Positions 26,201 through 39,955 of a stretch of DNA of 64,000 nt are shown piece by piece. The position numbers and the translations under genes were made by a program. The stretch lies in the NCBI RefSeq assembly GCF_009914755.1, contig NC_060941.1. One strand, 5' to 3'. The notes under the pieces were generated by a model. The model saw nothing but the letters and a program-made list of their open reading frames with translations, made no database searches and was not told where the DNA came from. Each line of letters begins with the position of its first letter. Positions within the stretch are counted from its first letter, which is position 1. The stretch comes from the human T2T-CHM13v2.0 reference genome, Homo sapiens.

Positions 26201-28050
26201 TTGTGATGACTGCATTCAACTCACAGAGTTGAAGGTTCCTTTTCAAACAGCAGTTTCCAAACACTCTTTCTGTGGCATCTGCAAGTGGATGTTTGGGCCT
26301 CTTTGAAGATTTCGTTGGAAACGGGATAATCTTCACAGAAAAGCTAAACAGAAGCATTCTCAGAAACTTCTTTGTGATGTTTGCTTTCAACTCACAGAGT
26401 TGAACTTTCCTTTTGAGAGAGAAGCTTTGAAACACTCTTTTTCTAGAATCTGCAAGTGGACATTGGGAGGGCTGTGAGGCCTGTGGTGGAAAAGGAATTA
26501 TCTTCCCGTAAGAACTAGATAGATGCATTCTCAGAAACTACTTTGTGACGATTGCATTCAAGTCACAGAGGTGAACATTCCCTTTCAGAGAGCACTTTGG
26601 AAACTCTCGTTGTGTAGAATCTGCAAGTGGAGATATGGACCGCTTTGAGGCCTATGGTAGTAAAGGAAACAGCTTCATATAAAAACTAGACAGCAGCATT
26701 CTCAGAAAACTCTTTGTGACGACTGAGTTTAACTCACAGGGCTGAACATTCCTTTGGATGGAGCAGTTTGGAAACACACTATCTGTAGGATCTGCAAGCG
26801 GATACTTGGGCCTCCCTGAGGATTTCGTTGGAAACGGGATAAACCGCACAGAACTAAACAGAAGCATTCTCAGAACCTTCTTCGTGATGTTTGCATTCAA
26901 CCCACAGTGTTGAACCTTTCTTTGATAGTTCAGGTTTGAAACACTCTTTTTGTAGAAACTGCAAGTGGATAACTGCACTTCTTTGAGGCCTATCGTAGTA
27001 AAGGAAATAACTTCCTATAAAAACAAGACAGAAGCTTTCTCAGAAAATTCTCTGGGATGATTGAGTTGAACTCACAGAGCAGTACTTTCCTTGGGATGGA
27101 GTAGTTTCGAAACACACTTTCTGTAGAATCTGCAAGTGGATATTTGGACCTGTCTGAGGAATTCGTTGCAAACGGGATAATTTCAGCTAAGTAAACAGAA
27201 GCAGTCTCAGAATCTTCTTGTGATGTTTGCATTCAAATCCCAGAATTGAACCTTCCTTTGAAAGTTCAGGTTGGAAACACTCTTTTTGCAGGATCTACAA
27301 GTGGATATTCGGACCACTCTGTGGACTTCGTTCGAAACGGGTATATCTTCACATAACATCTAGACAGAAGCATTCTCAGAAACTTTTCTGTGATGACTGC
27401 ATTCAACACACAGAGTTGAACACTCCTTTTGAGAGCGCAGTTTTGAAAATCTCTTTCTCTGGAATCTGCAAGGGGACATGCAGACCTCTTTGAAGGTTTC
27501 GTTGGAAACGGAATCATCTTCACATAAAAATTACACAGAAGCATCCTCAGGAACTCCTTGGTGATGTTTGTATTCAACTTCCAGAGTTGAACTTTCCTTC
27601 GGAAAGAGCAGCTATGAAACACTCTTTTTCTAGAATCTGCAAGTGGACATTGGGAGGGCTGTGAGGTTTGTGGTGGAAAAGGAAATATCTCCACATAAAT
27701 ACTAGATAGAAGCCTTCTCAGAAACTACTTTGTGATGATTGCATTCACCTCACGGAGTGGAGCATTCCTATTGACAGAGCAGTTTGGAAACACTCTTGTT
27801 GTAGAATCGGCTAGTGGAGATTTGGAGCGCTTTGAGGCCTATGGTAGTAAAGGGAAGAGCTTCACATAAAATCTAGACAGAAGCATTCTCAGAAAATACT
27901 TTGTGATGATTGAGTTTAACACACAGAGCTGAACATTCCTTTGGATGGAGAAGGTTTGAAACACACTTTCTGTAGAATCTGCGAGTGGATATTTGGACCT
28001 CTCTGAGGATTTCGTTGGAAACGGGATAACTGCACCTAACTAAACGGAAG

Positions 28051-29242
28051 CATTCTCACAAAATTCTTTGTGATGTTTGCATTCAAATCCCAGAGTTGAA
28101 CCTTCCTTTGATAGTTCAGCTTTGAAACACTCTTTTTGTAGGATCTGCAAGTGGATATTTGGACCACTCTTTGGCCTTCGTTCGAAACGGGTACATCTTC
28201 AAATAAAATCTAGACAGAAGCCTTCTCAGAAACTTCTCTGTGACGATTGCATTCAACCCAAAGAGTTGAACCCTCCTATGGATAGAGCAGTTTTGAATCT
28301 CTCTTTTTGTGGAATCTGCAAGTGGATATGTGGTCCTCTTTGAAGATGTCTTTGGAAACGGGAATATCTTCACATAAAAACTAAACAGAAGCATTCTCAG
28401 AAACTTCTCTGTGATGTTTGTGTTCAACTCACAGAGTTTCACGTTGCTTTTCATAGAGCAGATGAGAAACATGCTTTTCGTAGGGTCTGCAAGTGGACAT
28501 TTGGAGAGCTTTCAGGCCTGTGGTGGAAAACGAATTATCGTCACGTAAAAACTAGAGAGAAGCATTGTCAGAAACTTGTTTGTGATGACTGCATTCAACT
28601 CACAGAGTTGAAGGTTCCTTTTCAAACAGCAGTTTCCAAACACTCTTTCTGTGGCATCTGCAAGTGGATGTTTGGGCCTCTTTGAAGATTTCGTTGGAAA
28701 CGGGATAATCTTCACAGAAAAGCTAAACAGAAGCATTCTCAGAAACTTCTTTGTGATGTTTGCTTTCAACTCACAGAGTTGAACTTTCCTTTTGAGAGAG
28801 AAGCTTTGAAACACTCTTTTTCTAGAATCTGCAAGTGGACATTGGGAGGGCTGTGAGGTTTGTGGTGGAAAAGGAAATATCTCCACATAAATACTAGATA
28901 GAAGCCTTCTCAGAAACTACTTTGTGATGATTGCATTCACCTCACGGAGTGGAGCATTCCTATTGACAGAGCAGTTTGGAAACACTCTTGTTGTAGAATC
29001 TGCTAGTGGAGATTTGGAGCGCTTTGAGGCCTATGGTAGTAAAGAGAAGAGCTTCACATAAAATCTAGACAGAAGCATTCTCAGAAAATACTTTGTGATG
29101 ATTGAGTTTAACACACAGAGCTGAACATTCCTTTGGATGGAGAAGGTTTGAAACACACTTTCTGTAGAATCTGCGAGTGGATATTTGGACCTCTCTGAGG
29201 ATTTCGTTGGAAACGGGATAACTGCACCTAACTAAACGGAAG
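28051..29242 (+). repeat. 7-mer variant HOR, 1192 bp (m5,m6,m7,m8,hybrid m9/m2,m3,m4), copy 1
   Basis: ORF spacing 28077 to 29269; m9 sequence GAGAGAGAAGCTTTG joined to m2 sequence GGACATTGGGAGGGCTGTGAGGTTTG at about 28840. Confidence 0.96.
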
Positions 29243-31621
29243 CATTCTCACAAAATTCTTTGTGATGTTTGCATTCAAATCCCAGAGTTGAACCTTCCTT
29301 TGATAGTTCAGCTTTGAAACACTCTTTTTGTAGGATCTGCTGGTGGATATTTGGACCACTCTTTGGCCTTCGTTCGAAACGGGTACATCTTCAAATAAAA
29401 TCTAGACAGAAGCCTTCTCAGAAACTTCTCTGTGACGATTGCATTCAACTCAAAGAGTTGAACCCTCCTATGGATAGAGCAGTTTTGAATCTCTCTTTTT
29501 GTGGAATCTGCAAGTGGATATGTGGTCCTCTTTGAAGATGTCTTTGGAAACGGGAATATCTTCACATAAAAACTAAACAGAAGCATTCTCAGAAACTTCT
29601 CTGTGATGTTTGTGTTCAACTCACAGAGTTTCACGTTGCTTTTCATAGAGCAGATGAGAAACATGCTTTTCGTAGGGTCTGCAAGTGGACATTTGGAGAG
29701 ATTTCAGGCCTGTGGTGGAAAACGAATTATCGTCACGTAAAAACGAGAGAGAAGCATTGTCAGAAACTTGTTTGTGATGACTGCATTCAACTCACAGAGT
29801 TGAAGGTTCCTTTTCAAACAGCAGTTTCCAAACACTCTTTCTGTGGCATCTGCAAGTGGATGTTTGGGCCTCTTTGAAGATTTCGTTGGAAACGGGATAA
29901 TCTTCACAGAAAAGCTAAACAGAAGCATTCTCAGAAACTTCTTTGTGATGTTTGCTTTCAACTCACAGAGTTGAACTTTCCTTTTGAGAGAGAAGCTTTG
30001 AAACACTCTTTTTCTAGAATCTGCAAGTGGATATTTGGAGGGCTTTGAGGCCTGTGGTGGAAAAGGAATTATCTTCCCGTAAGAACTAGATAGATGCATT
30101 CTCAGAAACTACTTTGTGACGATTGCATTCAAGTCACAGAGGTGAACATTCCCTTTCAGAGAGCACTTTGGAAACTCTCGTTGTGTAGAATCTGCAAGTG
30201 GAGATATGGACCGCTTTGAGGCCTATGGTAGTAAATGAAACAGCTTCATATAAAAACTAGACAGCAGCATTCTCAGAAAACTCTTTGTGACGACTGAGTT
30301 TAACTCACAGGGCTGAACATTCCTTTGGATGGAGCAGTTTGGAAACACACTATCTGTAGGATCTGCAAGCGGATACTTGGGCCTCCCTGAGGATTTCGTT
30401 GGAAACGGGATAAACCGCACAGAACTAAACAGAAGCATTCTCAGAACCTTCTTCGTGATGTTTGCATTCAACCCACAGTGTTGAACCTTTCTTTGATAGT
30501 TCAGGTTTGAAACACTCTTTTTGTAGAAACTGCAAGTGGATAACTGCACTTCTTTGAGGCCTATCGTAGTAAAGGAAATAACTTCCTATAAAAACAAGAC
30601 AGAAGCTTTCTCAGAAAATTCTCTGGGATGATTGAGTTGAACTCACAGAGCAGTACTTTCCTTGGGATGGAGTAGTTTCGAAACACACTTTCTGTAGAAT
30701 CTGCAAGTGGATATTTGGACCTGTCTGAGGAATTCGTTGCAAACGGGATAATTTCAGCTAAGTAAACAGAAGCAGTCTCAGAATCTTCTTGTGATGTTTG
30801 CATTCAAATTCCAGAATTGAACCTTCCTTTGAAAATTCAGGTTGGAAACACTCTTTTTGCAGGATCTACAAGTGGATATTCGGACCACTCTGTGGACTTC
30901 GTTCGAAACGGGTATATCTTCACATAACATCTAGACAGAAGCATTCTCAGAAACTTTTCTGTGATGACTGCATTCAACTCACAGAGTTGAACACTCCTTT
31001 TGAGAGCGCAGTTTTGAAACTCTCTTTCTCTGGAATCTGCAAGGGGACATGCAGACCTCTTTGAAGGTTTCGTTGGAAACGGAATCATCTTCACATAAAA
31101 ATTACACAGAAGCATCCTCAGGAACTCCTTGGTGATGTTTGTATTCAACTTCCAGAGTTGAACTTTCCTTCGGAAAGAGCAGCTATGAAACACTCTTTTT
31201 CTAGAATCTGCAAGTGGACATTGGGAGGGCTGTGAGGTTTGTGGTGGAAAAGGAAATATCTCCACATAAATACTAGATAGAAGCCTTCTCAGAAACTACT
31301 TTGTGATGATTGCATTCACCTCACGGAGTGGAGCATTCCTATTGACAGAGCAGTTTGGAAACACTCTTGTTGTAGAATCTGCTAGTGGAGATTTGGAGCG
31401 CTTTGAGGCCTATGGTAGTAAAGGGAAGAGCTTCACATAAAATCTAGACAGAAGCATTCTCAGAAAATACTTTGTGATGATTGAGTTTAACACACAGAGC
31501 TGAACATTCCTTTGGATGGAGAAGGTTTGAAACACACTTTCTGTAGAATCTGCGAGTGGATATTTGGACCTCTCTGAGGATTTCGTTGGAAACGGGATAA
31601 CTGCACCTAACTAAACGGAAG

Positions 31622-32813
31622 CATTCTCACAAAATTCTTTGTGATGTTTGCATTCAAATCCCAGAGTTGAACCTTCCTTTGATAGTTCAGCTTTGAAACA
31701 CTCTTTTTGTAGGATCTGCAAGTGGATATTTGGACCACTCTTTGGCCTTCGTTCGAAACGGGTACATCTTCAAATAAAATCTAGACAGAAGCCTTCTCAG
31801 AAACTTCTCTGTGACGATTGCATTCAACCCAAAGAGTTGAACCCTCCTATGGATAGAGCAGTTTTGAATCTCTCTTTTTGTGGAATCTGCAAGTGGATAT
31901 GTGGTCCTCTTTGAAGATGTCTTTGGAAACGGGAATATCTTCACATAAAAACTAAACAGAAGCATTCTCAGAAACTTCTCTGTGATGTTTGTGTTCAACT
32001 CACAGAGTTTCACGTTGCTTTTCATAGAGCAGATGAGAAACATGCTTTTCGTAGGGTCTGCAAGTGGACATTTGGAGAGCTTTCAGGCCTGTGGTGGAAA
32101 ACGAATTATCGTCACGTAAAAACTAGAGAGAAGCATTGTCAGAAACTTGTTTGTGATGACTGCATTCAACTCACAGAGTTGAAGGTTCCTTTTCAAACAG
32201 CAGTTTCCAAACACTCTTTCTGTGGCATCTGCAAGTGGATGTTTGGGCCTCTTTGAAGATTTCGTTGGAAACGGGATAATCTTCACAGAAAAGCTAAACA
32301 GAAGCATTCTCAGAAACTTCTTTGTGATGTTTGCTTTCAACTCACAGAGTTGAACTTTCCTTTTGAGAGAGAAGCTTTGAAACACTCTTTTTCTAGAATC
32401 TGCAAGTGGACATTGGGAGGGCTGTGAGGTTTGTGGTGGAAAAGGAAATATCTCCTCATAAATACTAGATAGAAGCCTTCTCAGAAACTACTTTGTGATG
32501 ATTGCATTCACCTCACGGAGTGGAGCATTCCTATTGACAGAGCAGTTTGGAAACACTCTTGTTGTAGAATCTGCTAGTGGAGATTTGGAGCGCTTTGAGG
32601 CCTATGGTAGTAAAGGGAAGAGCTTCACATAAAATCTAGACAGAAGCATTCTCAGAAAACACTTTGTGATGATTGAGTTTAACACACAGAGCTGAACATT
32701 CCTTTGGATGGAGAAGGTTTGAAACACACTTTCTGTAGAATCTGCGAGTGGATATTTGGACGTCTCTGAGGATTTCGTTGGAAACGGGATAACTGCACCT
32801 AAATAAACGGAAG
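31622..32813 (+). repeat. 1192-bp 7-mer variant HOR, copy 2
   Basis: Spacing 31648 to 32840; same junction at 32411. Confidence 0.96.
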
Positions 32814-35192
32814 CATTCTCACAAAATTCTTTGTGATGTTTGCATTCAAATCCCAGAGTTGAACCTTCCTTTGATAGTTCAGGTTTGAAACACTCTTTTT
32901 GTAGGATCTGCAGGTGGATATTTCGACCACTCTTTGGCCTTCGTTCGAAACGGGTACATCTTCAAATAAAATCTAGACAGAAGCCTTCTCAGAAACTTCT
33001 CTGTGACGATTGCATTCAACTCAAAGAGTTGAACCCTCCTATGGATAGAGCAGTTTTGAATCTCTCTTTTTGTGGAATCTGCAAGTGGATATGTGGTCCT
33101 CTTTGAAGATGTCTTTGGAAACGGGAATATCTTCACATAAAAACTAAACAGAAGCATTCTCAGAAACTTCTCTGTGATGTTTGTGTTCAACTCACAGAGT
33201 TTCACGTTGCTTTTCATAGAGCAGATGAGAAACATGCTTTTCGTAGGGTCTGCAAGTGGACATTTGGAGAGATTTCAGGCCTGTGGTGGAAAACGAATTA
33301 TCGTCACGTAAAAACTAGAGAGAGGCATTGTCAGAAACTTGTTTGTGATGACTGCATTCAACTCACAGAGTTGAAGGTTCCTTTTCAAACAGCAGTTTCC
33401 AAACACTCTTTCTGTGGCATCTGCAAGTGGATGTTTGGGCCTCTTTGAAGATTTCGTTGGAAACGGGATACTCTTCACAGAAAAGCTAAACAGAAGCATT
33501 CTCAGAAACTTCTTTGTGATGTTTGCTTTCAACTCACAGAGTTGAACTTTCCTTTTGAGAGAGAAGCTTTGAAACACTCTTTTTCTAGAATCTGCAAGTG
33601 GATATTTGGAGGGCTTTGAGGCCTGTGGTGGAAAAGGAATTATCTTCCCGTAAGAACTAGATAGATGCATTCTCAGAAACTACTTTGTGACGATTGCATT
33701 CAAGTCACAGAGGTGAACATTCCCTTTCAGAGAGCACTTTGGAAACTCTCGTTGTGTAGAATCTGCAAGTGGAGATATGGACCGCTTTGAGGCCTATGGT
33801 AGTAAAGGAAACAGCTTCATATAAAAACTAGACAGCAGCATTCTCAGAAAACTCTTTGTGACGACTGAGTTTAACTCACAGGGCTGAACATTCCTTTGGA
33901 TGGAGCAGTTTGGAAACACACTATCTGTAGGATCTGCAAGCGGATACTTGGGCCTCCCTGAGGATTTCGTGGGAAACGGGATAAACCGCACAGAACTAAA
34001 CAGAAGCATTCTCAGAACCTTCTTCGTGATGTTTGCATTCAACCCACAGTGTTGAACCTTTCTTTGATAGTTCAGGTTTGAAACACTCTTTTTGTAGAAA
34101 CTGCAAGTGGATAACTGCACTTCTTTGAGGCCTATCGTAGTAAAGGAAATAACTTCCTATAAAAACAAGACAGAAGCTTTCTCAGAAAATTCTCTGGGAT
34201 GATTGAGTTGAACTCACAGAGCAGTACTTTCCTTGGGATGGAGTAGTTTCGAAACACACTTTCTGTAGAATCTGCAAGTGGATATTTGGACCTGTCTGAG
34301 GAATTCGTTGCAAACGGGATAATTTCAGCTAAGTAAACAGAAGCAGTCTCAGAATCTTCTTGTGATGTTTGCATTCAAATCCCAGAATTGAACCTTCCTT
34401 TGAAAGTTCAGGTTGGAAACACTCTTTTTGCAGGATCTACAAGTGGATATTCGGACCACTCTGTGGACTTCGTTCGAAACGGGTATATCTTCACATAACA
34501 TCTAGACAGAAGCATTCTCAGAAACTTTTCTGTGATGACTGCATTCAACACACAGAGTTGAACACTCCTTTTGAGAGCACAGTTTTGAAAATCTCTTTCT
34601 CTGGAATCTGCAAGGGGACATGCAGACCTCTTTGAAGGTTTCGTTGGAAACGGAATCATCTTCACATAAAAATTACACAGAAGCATCCTCAGGAACTCCT
34701 TGGTGATGTTTGTATTCAACTTCCAGAGTTGAACTTTCCTTCGGAAAGAGCAGCTATGAAACACTCTTTTTCTAGAATCTGCAAGTGGACATTGGGAGGG
34801 CTGTGAGGTTTGTGGTGGAAAAGGAAATATCTCCACATAAATACTAGATAGAAGCCTTCTCAGAAACTACTTTGTGATGATTGCATTCACCTCACGGAGT
34901 GGAGCATTCCTATTGACAGAGCAGTTTGGAAACACTCTTGTTGTAGAATCGGCTAGTGGAGATTTGGAGCGCTTTGAGGCCTATGGTAGTAAAGGGAAGA
35001 GCTTCACATAAAATCTAGACAGAAGCATTCTCAGAAAATACTTTGTGATGATTGAGTTTAACACACAGAGCTGAACATTCCTTTGGATGGAGAAGGTTTG
35101 AAACACACTTTCTGTAGAATCTGCGAGTGGATATTTGGACCTCTCTGAGGATTTCGTTGGAAACGGGATAACTGCACCTAACTAAACGGAAG

Positions 35193-36384
35193 CATTCTCA
35201 CAAAATTCTTTGTGATGTTTGCATTCAAATCCCAGAGTTGAACCTTCCTTTGATAGTTCAGCTTTGAAACACTCTTTTTGTAGGATCTGCAAGTGGATAT
35301 TTGGACCACTCTTTGGCCTTCGTTCGAAACGGGTACATCTTCAAATAAAATCTAGACAGAAGCCTTCTCAGAAACTTCTCTGTGACGATTGCATTCAACC
35401 CAAAGAGTTGAACCCTCCTATGGATAGAGCAGTTTTGAATCTCTCTTTTTGTGGAATCTGCAAGTGGATATGTGGTCCTCTTTGAAGATGTCTTTGGAAA
35501 CGGGAATATCTTCACATAAAAACTAAACAGAAGCATTCTCAGAAACTTCTCTGTGATGTTTGTGTTCAACTCACAGAGTTTCACGTTGCTTTTCATAGAG
35601 CAGATGAGAAACATGCTTTTCGTAGGGTCTGCAAGTGGACATTTGGAGAGCTTTCAGGCCTGTGGTGGAAAACGAATTATCGTCACGTAAAAACTAGAGA
35701 GAAGCATTGTCAGAAACTTGTTTGTGATGACTGCATTCAACTCACAGAGTTGAAGGTTCCTTTTCAAACAGCAGTTTCCAAACACTCTTTCTGTGGCATC
35801 TGCAAGTGGATGTTTGGGCCTCTTTGAAGATTTCGTTGGAAACGGGATAATCTTCACAGAAAAGCTAAACAGAAGCATTCTCAGAAACTTCTTTGTGATG
35901 TTTGCTTTCAACTCACAGAGTTGAACTTTCCTTTTGAGAGAGAAGCTTTGAAACACTCTTTTTCTAGAATCTGCAAGTGGACATTGGGAGGGCTGTGAGG
36001 TTTGTGGTGGAAAAGGAAATATCTCCACATAAATACTAGATAGAAGCCTTCTCAGAAACTACTTTGTGATGATTGCATTCACCTCACGGAGTGGAGCATT
36101 CCTATTGACAGAGCAGTTTGGAAACACTCTTGTTGTAGAATCTGCTAGTGGAGATTTGGAGCGCTTTGAGGCCTATGGTAGTAAAGGGAAGAGCTTCACA
36201 TAAAATCTAGACAGAAGCATTCTCAGAAAATACTTTGTGATGATTGAGTTTAACACACAGAGCTGAACATTCCTTTGGATGGAGAAGGTTTGAAACACAC
36301 TTTCTGTAGAATCTGCGAGTGGATATTTGGACCTCTCTGAGGATTTCGTTGGAAACGGGATAACTGCACCTAACTAAACGGAAG
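35193..36384 (+). repeat. 1192-bp 7-mer variant HOR, copy 3
   Basis: Spacing 35219 to 36411; junction at 35982. Confidence 0.96.
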
Positions 36385-38763
36385 CATTCTCACAAAATTC
36401 TTTGTGATGTTTGCATTCAAATCCCAGAGTTGAACCTTCCTTTGATAGTTCAGCTTTGAAACACTCTTTTTGTAGGATCTGCTGGTGGATATTTGGACCA
36501 CTCTTTGGCCTTCGTTCGAAACGGGTACATCTTCAAATAAAATCTAGACAGAAGCCTTCTCAGAAACTTCTCTGTGACGATTGCATTCAACTCAAAGAGT
36601 TGAACCCTCCTATGGATAGAGCAGTTTTGAATCTCTCTTTTTGTGGAATCTGCAAGTGGATATGTGGTCCTCTTTGAAGATGTCTTTGGAAACGGGAATA
36701 TCTTCACATAAAAACTAAACAGAAGCATTCTCAGAAACTTCTCTGTGATGTTTGTGTTCAACTCACAGAGTTTCACGTTGCTTTTCATAGAGCAGATGAG
36801 AAACATGCTTTTCGTAGGGTCTGCAAGTGGACATTTGGAGAGATTTCAGGCCTGTGGTGGAAAACGAATTATCGTCACGTAAAAACGAGAGAGAAGCATT
36901 GTCAGAAACTTGTTTGTGATGACTGCATTCAACTCACAGAGTTGAAGGTTCCTTTTCAAACAGCAGTTTCCAAACACTCTTTCTGTGGCATCTGCAAGTG
37001 GATGTTTGGGCCTCTTTGAAGATTTCGTTGGAAACGGGATAATCTTCACAGAAAAGCTAAACAGAAGCATTCTCAGAAACTTCTTTGTGATGTTTGCTTT
37101 CAACTCACAGAGTTGAACTTTCCTTTTGAGAGAGAAGCTTTGAAACACTCTTTTTCTAGAATCTGCAAGTGGATATTTGGAGGGCTTTGAGGCCTGTGGT
37201 GGAAAAGGAATTATCTTCCCGTAAGAACTAGATAGATGCATTCTCAGAAACTACTTTGTGACGATTGCATTCAAGTCACAGAGGTGAACATTCCCTTTCA
37301 GAGAGCACTTTGGAAACTCTCGTTGTGTAGAATCTGCAAGTGGAGATATGGACCGCTTTGAGGCCTATGGTAGTAAAGGAAACAGCTTCATATAAAAACT
37401 AGACAGCAGCATTCTCAGAAAACTCTTTGTGACGACTGAGTTTAACTCACAGGGCTGAACATTCCTTTGGATGGAGCAGTTTGGAAACACACTATCTGTA
37501 GGATCTGCAAGCGGATACTTGGGCCTCTCTGAGGATTTCGTGGGAAACGGGATAAACCGCACAGAACTAAACAGAAGCATTCTCAGAACCTTCTTCGTGA
37601 TGTTTGCATTCAACCCACATTGTTGAACCTTTCTTTGATAGTTCAGGTTTGAAACACTCTTTTTGTAGAAACTGCAAGTGGATAACTGCACTTCTTTGAG
37701 GCCTATCGTAGTAAAGGAAATAACTTCCTATAAAAACAAGACAGAAGCTTTCTCAGAAAATTCTCTGGGATGATTGAGTTGAACTCACAGAGCAGTACTT
37801 TCCTTGGGATGGAGTAGTTTCGAAACACACTTTCTGTAGAATCTGCAAGTGGATATTTGGACCTGTCTGAGGAATTCGTTGCAAACGGGATAATTTCAGC
37901 TAAGTAAACAGAAGCAGTCTCAGAATCTTCTTGTGATGTTTGCATTCAAATCCCAGAATTGAACCTTCCTTTGAAAGTTCAGGTTGGAAACACTCTTTTT
38001 GCAGGATCTACAAGTGGATATTCGGACCACTCTGTGGACTTCGTTCGAAACGGGTATATCTTCACATAACATCTAGACAGAAGCATTCTCAGAAACTTTT
38101 CTGTGATGACTGCATTCAACTCACAGAGTTGAACACTCCTTTTGAGAGCGCAGTTTTGAAACTCTCTTTCTCTGGAATCTGCAAGGGGACATGCAGACCT
38201 CTTTGAAGGTTTCGTTGGAAACGGAATCATCTTCACATAAAAATTACACAGAAGCATCCTCAGGAACTCCTTGGTGATGTTTGTATTCAACTTCCAGAGT
38301 TGAACTTTCCTTCGGAAAGAGCAGCTATGAAACACTCTTTTTCTAGAATCTGCAAGTGGACATTGGGAGGGCTGTGAGGTTTGTGGTGGAAAAGGAAATA
38401 TCTCCACATAAATACTAGATAGAAGCCTTCTCAGAAACTACTTTGTGATGATTGCATTCACCTCACGGAGTGGAGCATTCCTATTGACAGAGCAGTTTGG
38501 AAACACTCTTGTTGTAGAATCTGCTAGTGGAGATTTGGAGCGCTTTGAGGCCTATGGTAGTAAAGGGAAGAGCTTCACATAAAATCTAGACAGAAGCATT
38601 CTCAGAAAATACTTTGTGATGATTGAGTTTAACACACAGAGCTGAACATTCCTTTGGATGGAGAAGGTTTGAAACACACTTTCTGTAGAATCTGCGAGTG
38701 GATATTTGGACCTCTCTGAGGATTTCGTTGGAAACGGGATAACTGCACCTAACTAAACGGAAG

Positions 38764-39955
38764 CATTCTCACAAAATTCTTTGTGATGTTTGCATTCAAA
38801 TCCCAGAGTTGAACCTTCCTTTGATAGTTCAGCTTTGAAACACTCTTTTTGTAGGATCTGCAAGTGGATATTTGGACCACTCTTTGGCCTTCGTTCGAAA
38901 CGGGTACATCTTCAAATAAAATCTAGACAGAAGCCTTCTCAGAAACTTCTCTGTGACGATTGCATTCAACCCAAAGAGTTGAACCCTCCTATGGATAGAG
39001 CAGTTTTGAATCTCTCTTTTTGTGGAATCTGCAAGTGGATATGTGGTCCTCTTTGAAGATGTCTTTGGAAACGGGAATATCTTCACATAAAAACTAAACA
39101 GAAGCATTCTCAGAAACTTCTCTGTGATGTTTGTGTTCAACTCACAGAGTTTCACGTTGCTTTTCATAGAGCAGATGAGAAACATGCTTTTCGTAGGGTC
39201 TGCAAGTGGACATTTGGAGAGCTTTCAGGCCTGTGGTGGAAAACGAATTATCGTCACGTAAAAACTAGAGAGAAGCATTGTCAGAAACTTGTTTGTGATG
39301 ACTGCATTCAACTCACAGAGTTGAAGGTTCCTTTTCAAACAGCAGTTTCCAAACACTCTTTCTGTGGCATCTGCAAGTGGATGTTTGGGCCTCTTTGAAG
39401 ATTTCGTTGGAAACGGGATAATCTTCACAGAAAAGCTAAACAGAAGCATTCTCAGAAACTTCTTTGTGATGTTTGCTTTCAACTCACAGAGTTGAACTTT
39501 CCTTTTGAGAGAGAAGCTTTGAAACACTCTTTTTCTAGAATCTGCAAGTGGACATTGGGAGGGCTGTGAGGTTTGTGGTGGAAAAGGAAATATCTCCACA
39601 TAAATACTAGATAGAAGCCTTCTCAGAAACTACTTTGTGATGATTGCATTCACCTCACGGAGTGGAGCATTCCTATTGACAGAGCAGTTTGGAAACACTC
39701 TTGTTGTAGAATCTGCTAGTGGAGATTTGGAGCGCTTTGAGGCCTATGGTAGTAAAGGGAAGAGCTTCACATAAAATCTAGACAGAAGCATTCTCAGAAA
39801 ATACTTTGTGATGATTGAGTTTAACACACAGAGCTGAACATTCCTTTGAATGGAGAAGGTTTGAAACACACTTTCTGTAGAATCTGCGAGTGGATATTTG
39901 GACCTCTCTGAGGATTTCGTTGGAAACGGGATAACTGCACCTAACTAAACGGAAG
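38764..39955 (+). repeat. 1192-bp 7-mer variant HOR, copy 4
   Basis: Spacing 38790 to 39982; junction at 39553. Confidence 0.96.

Noticed and set aside
32881-32925. m5 with an m12/m14-like allele (TTCAGGTTTG) suggesting another hybrid junction
   Set aside because: Only isolated substitutions with m5 sequence on both sides; insufficient to call a junction or conversion tract.
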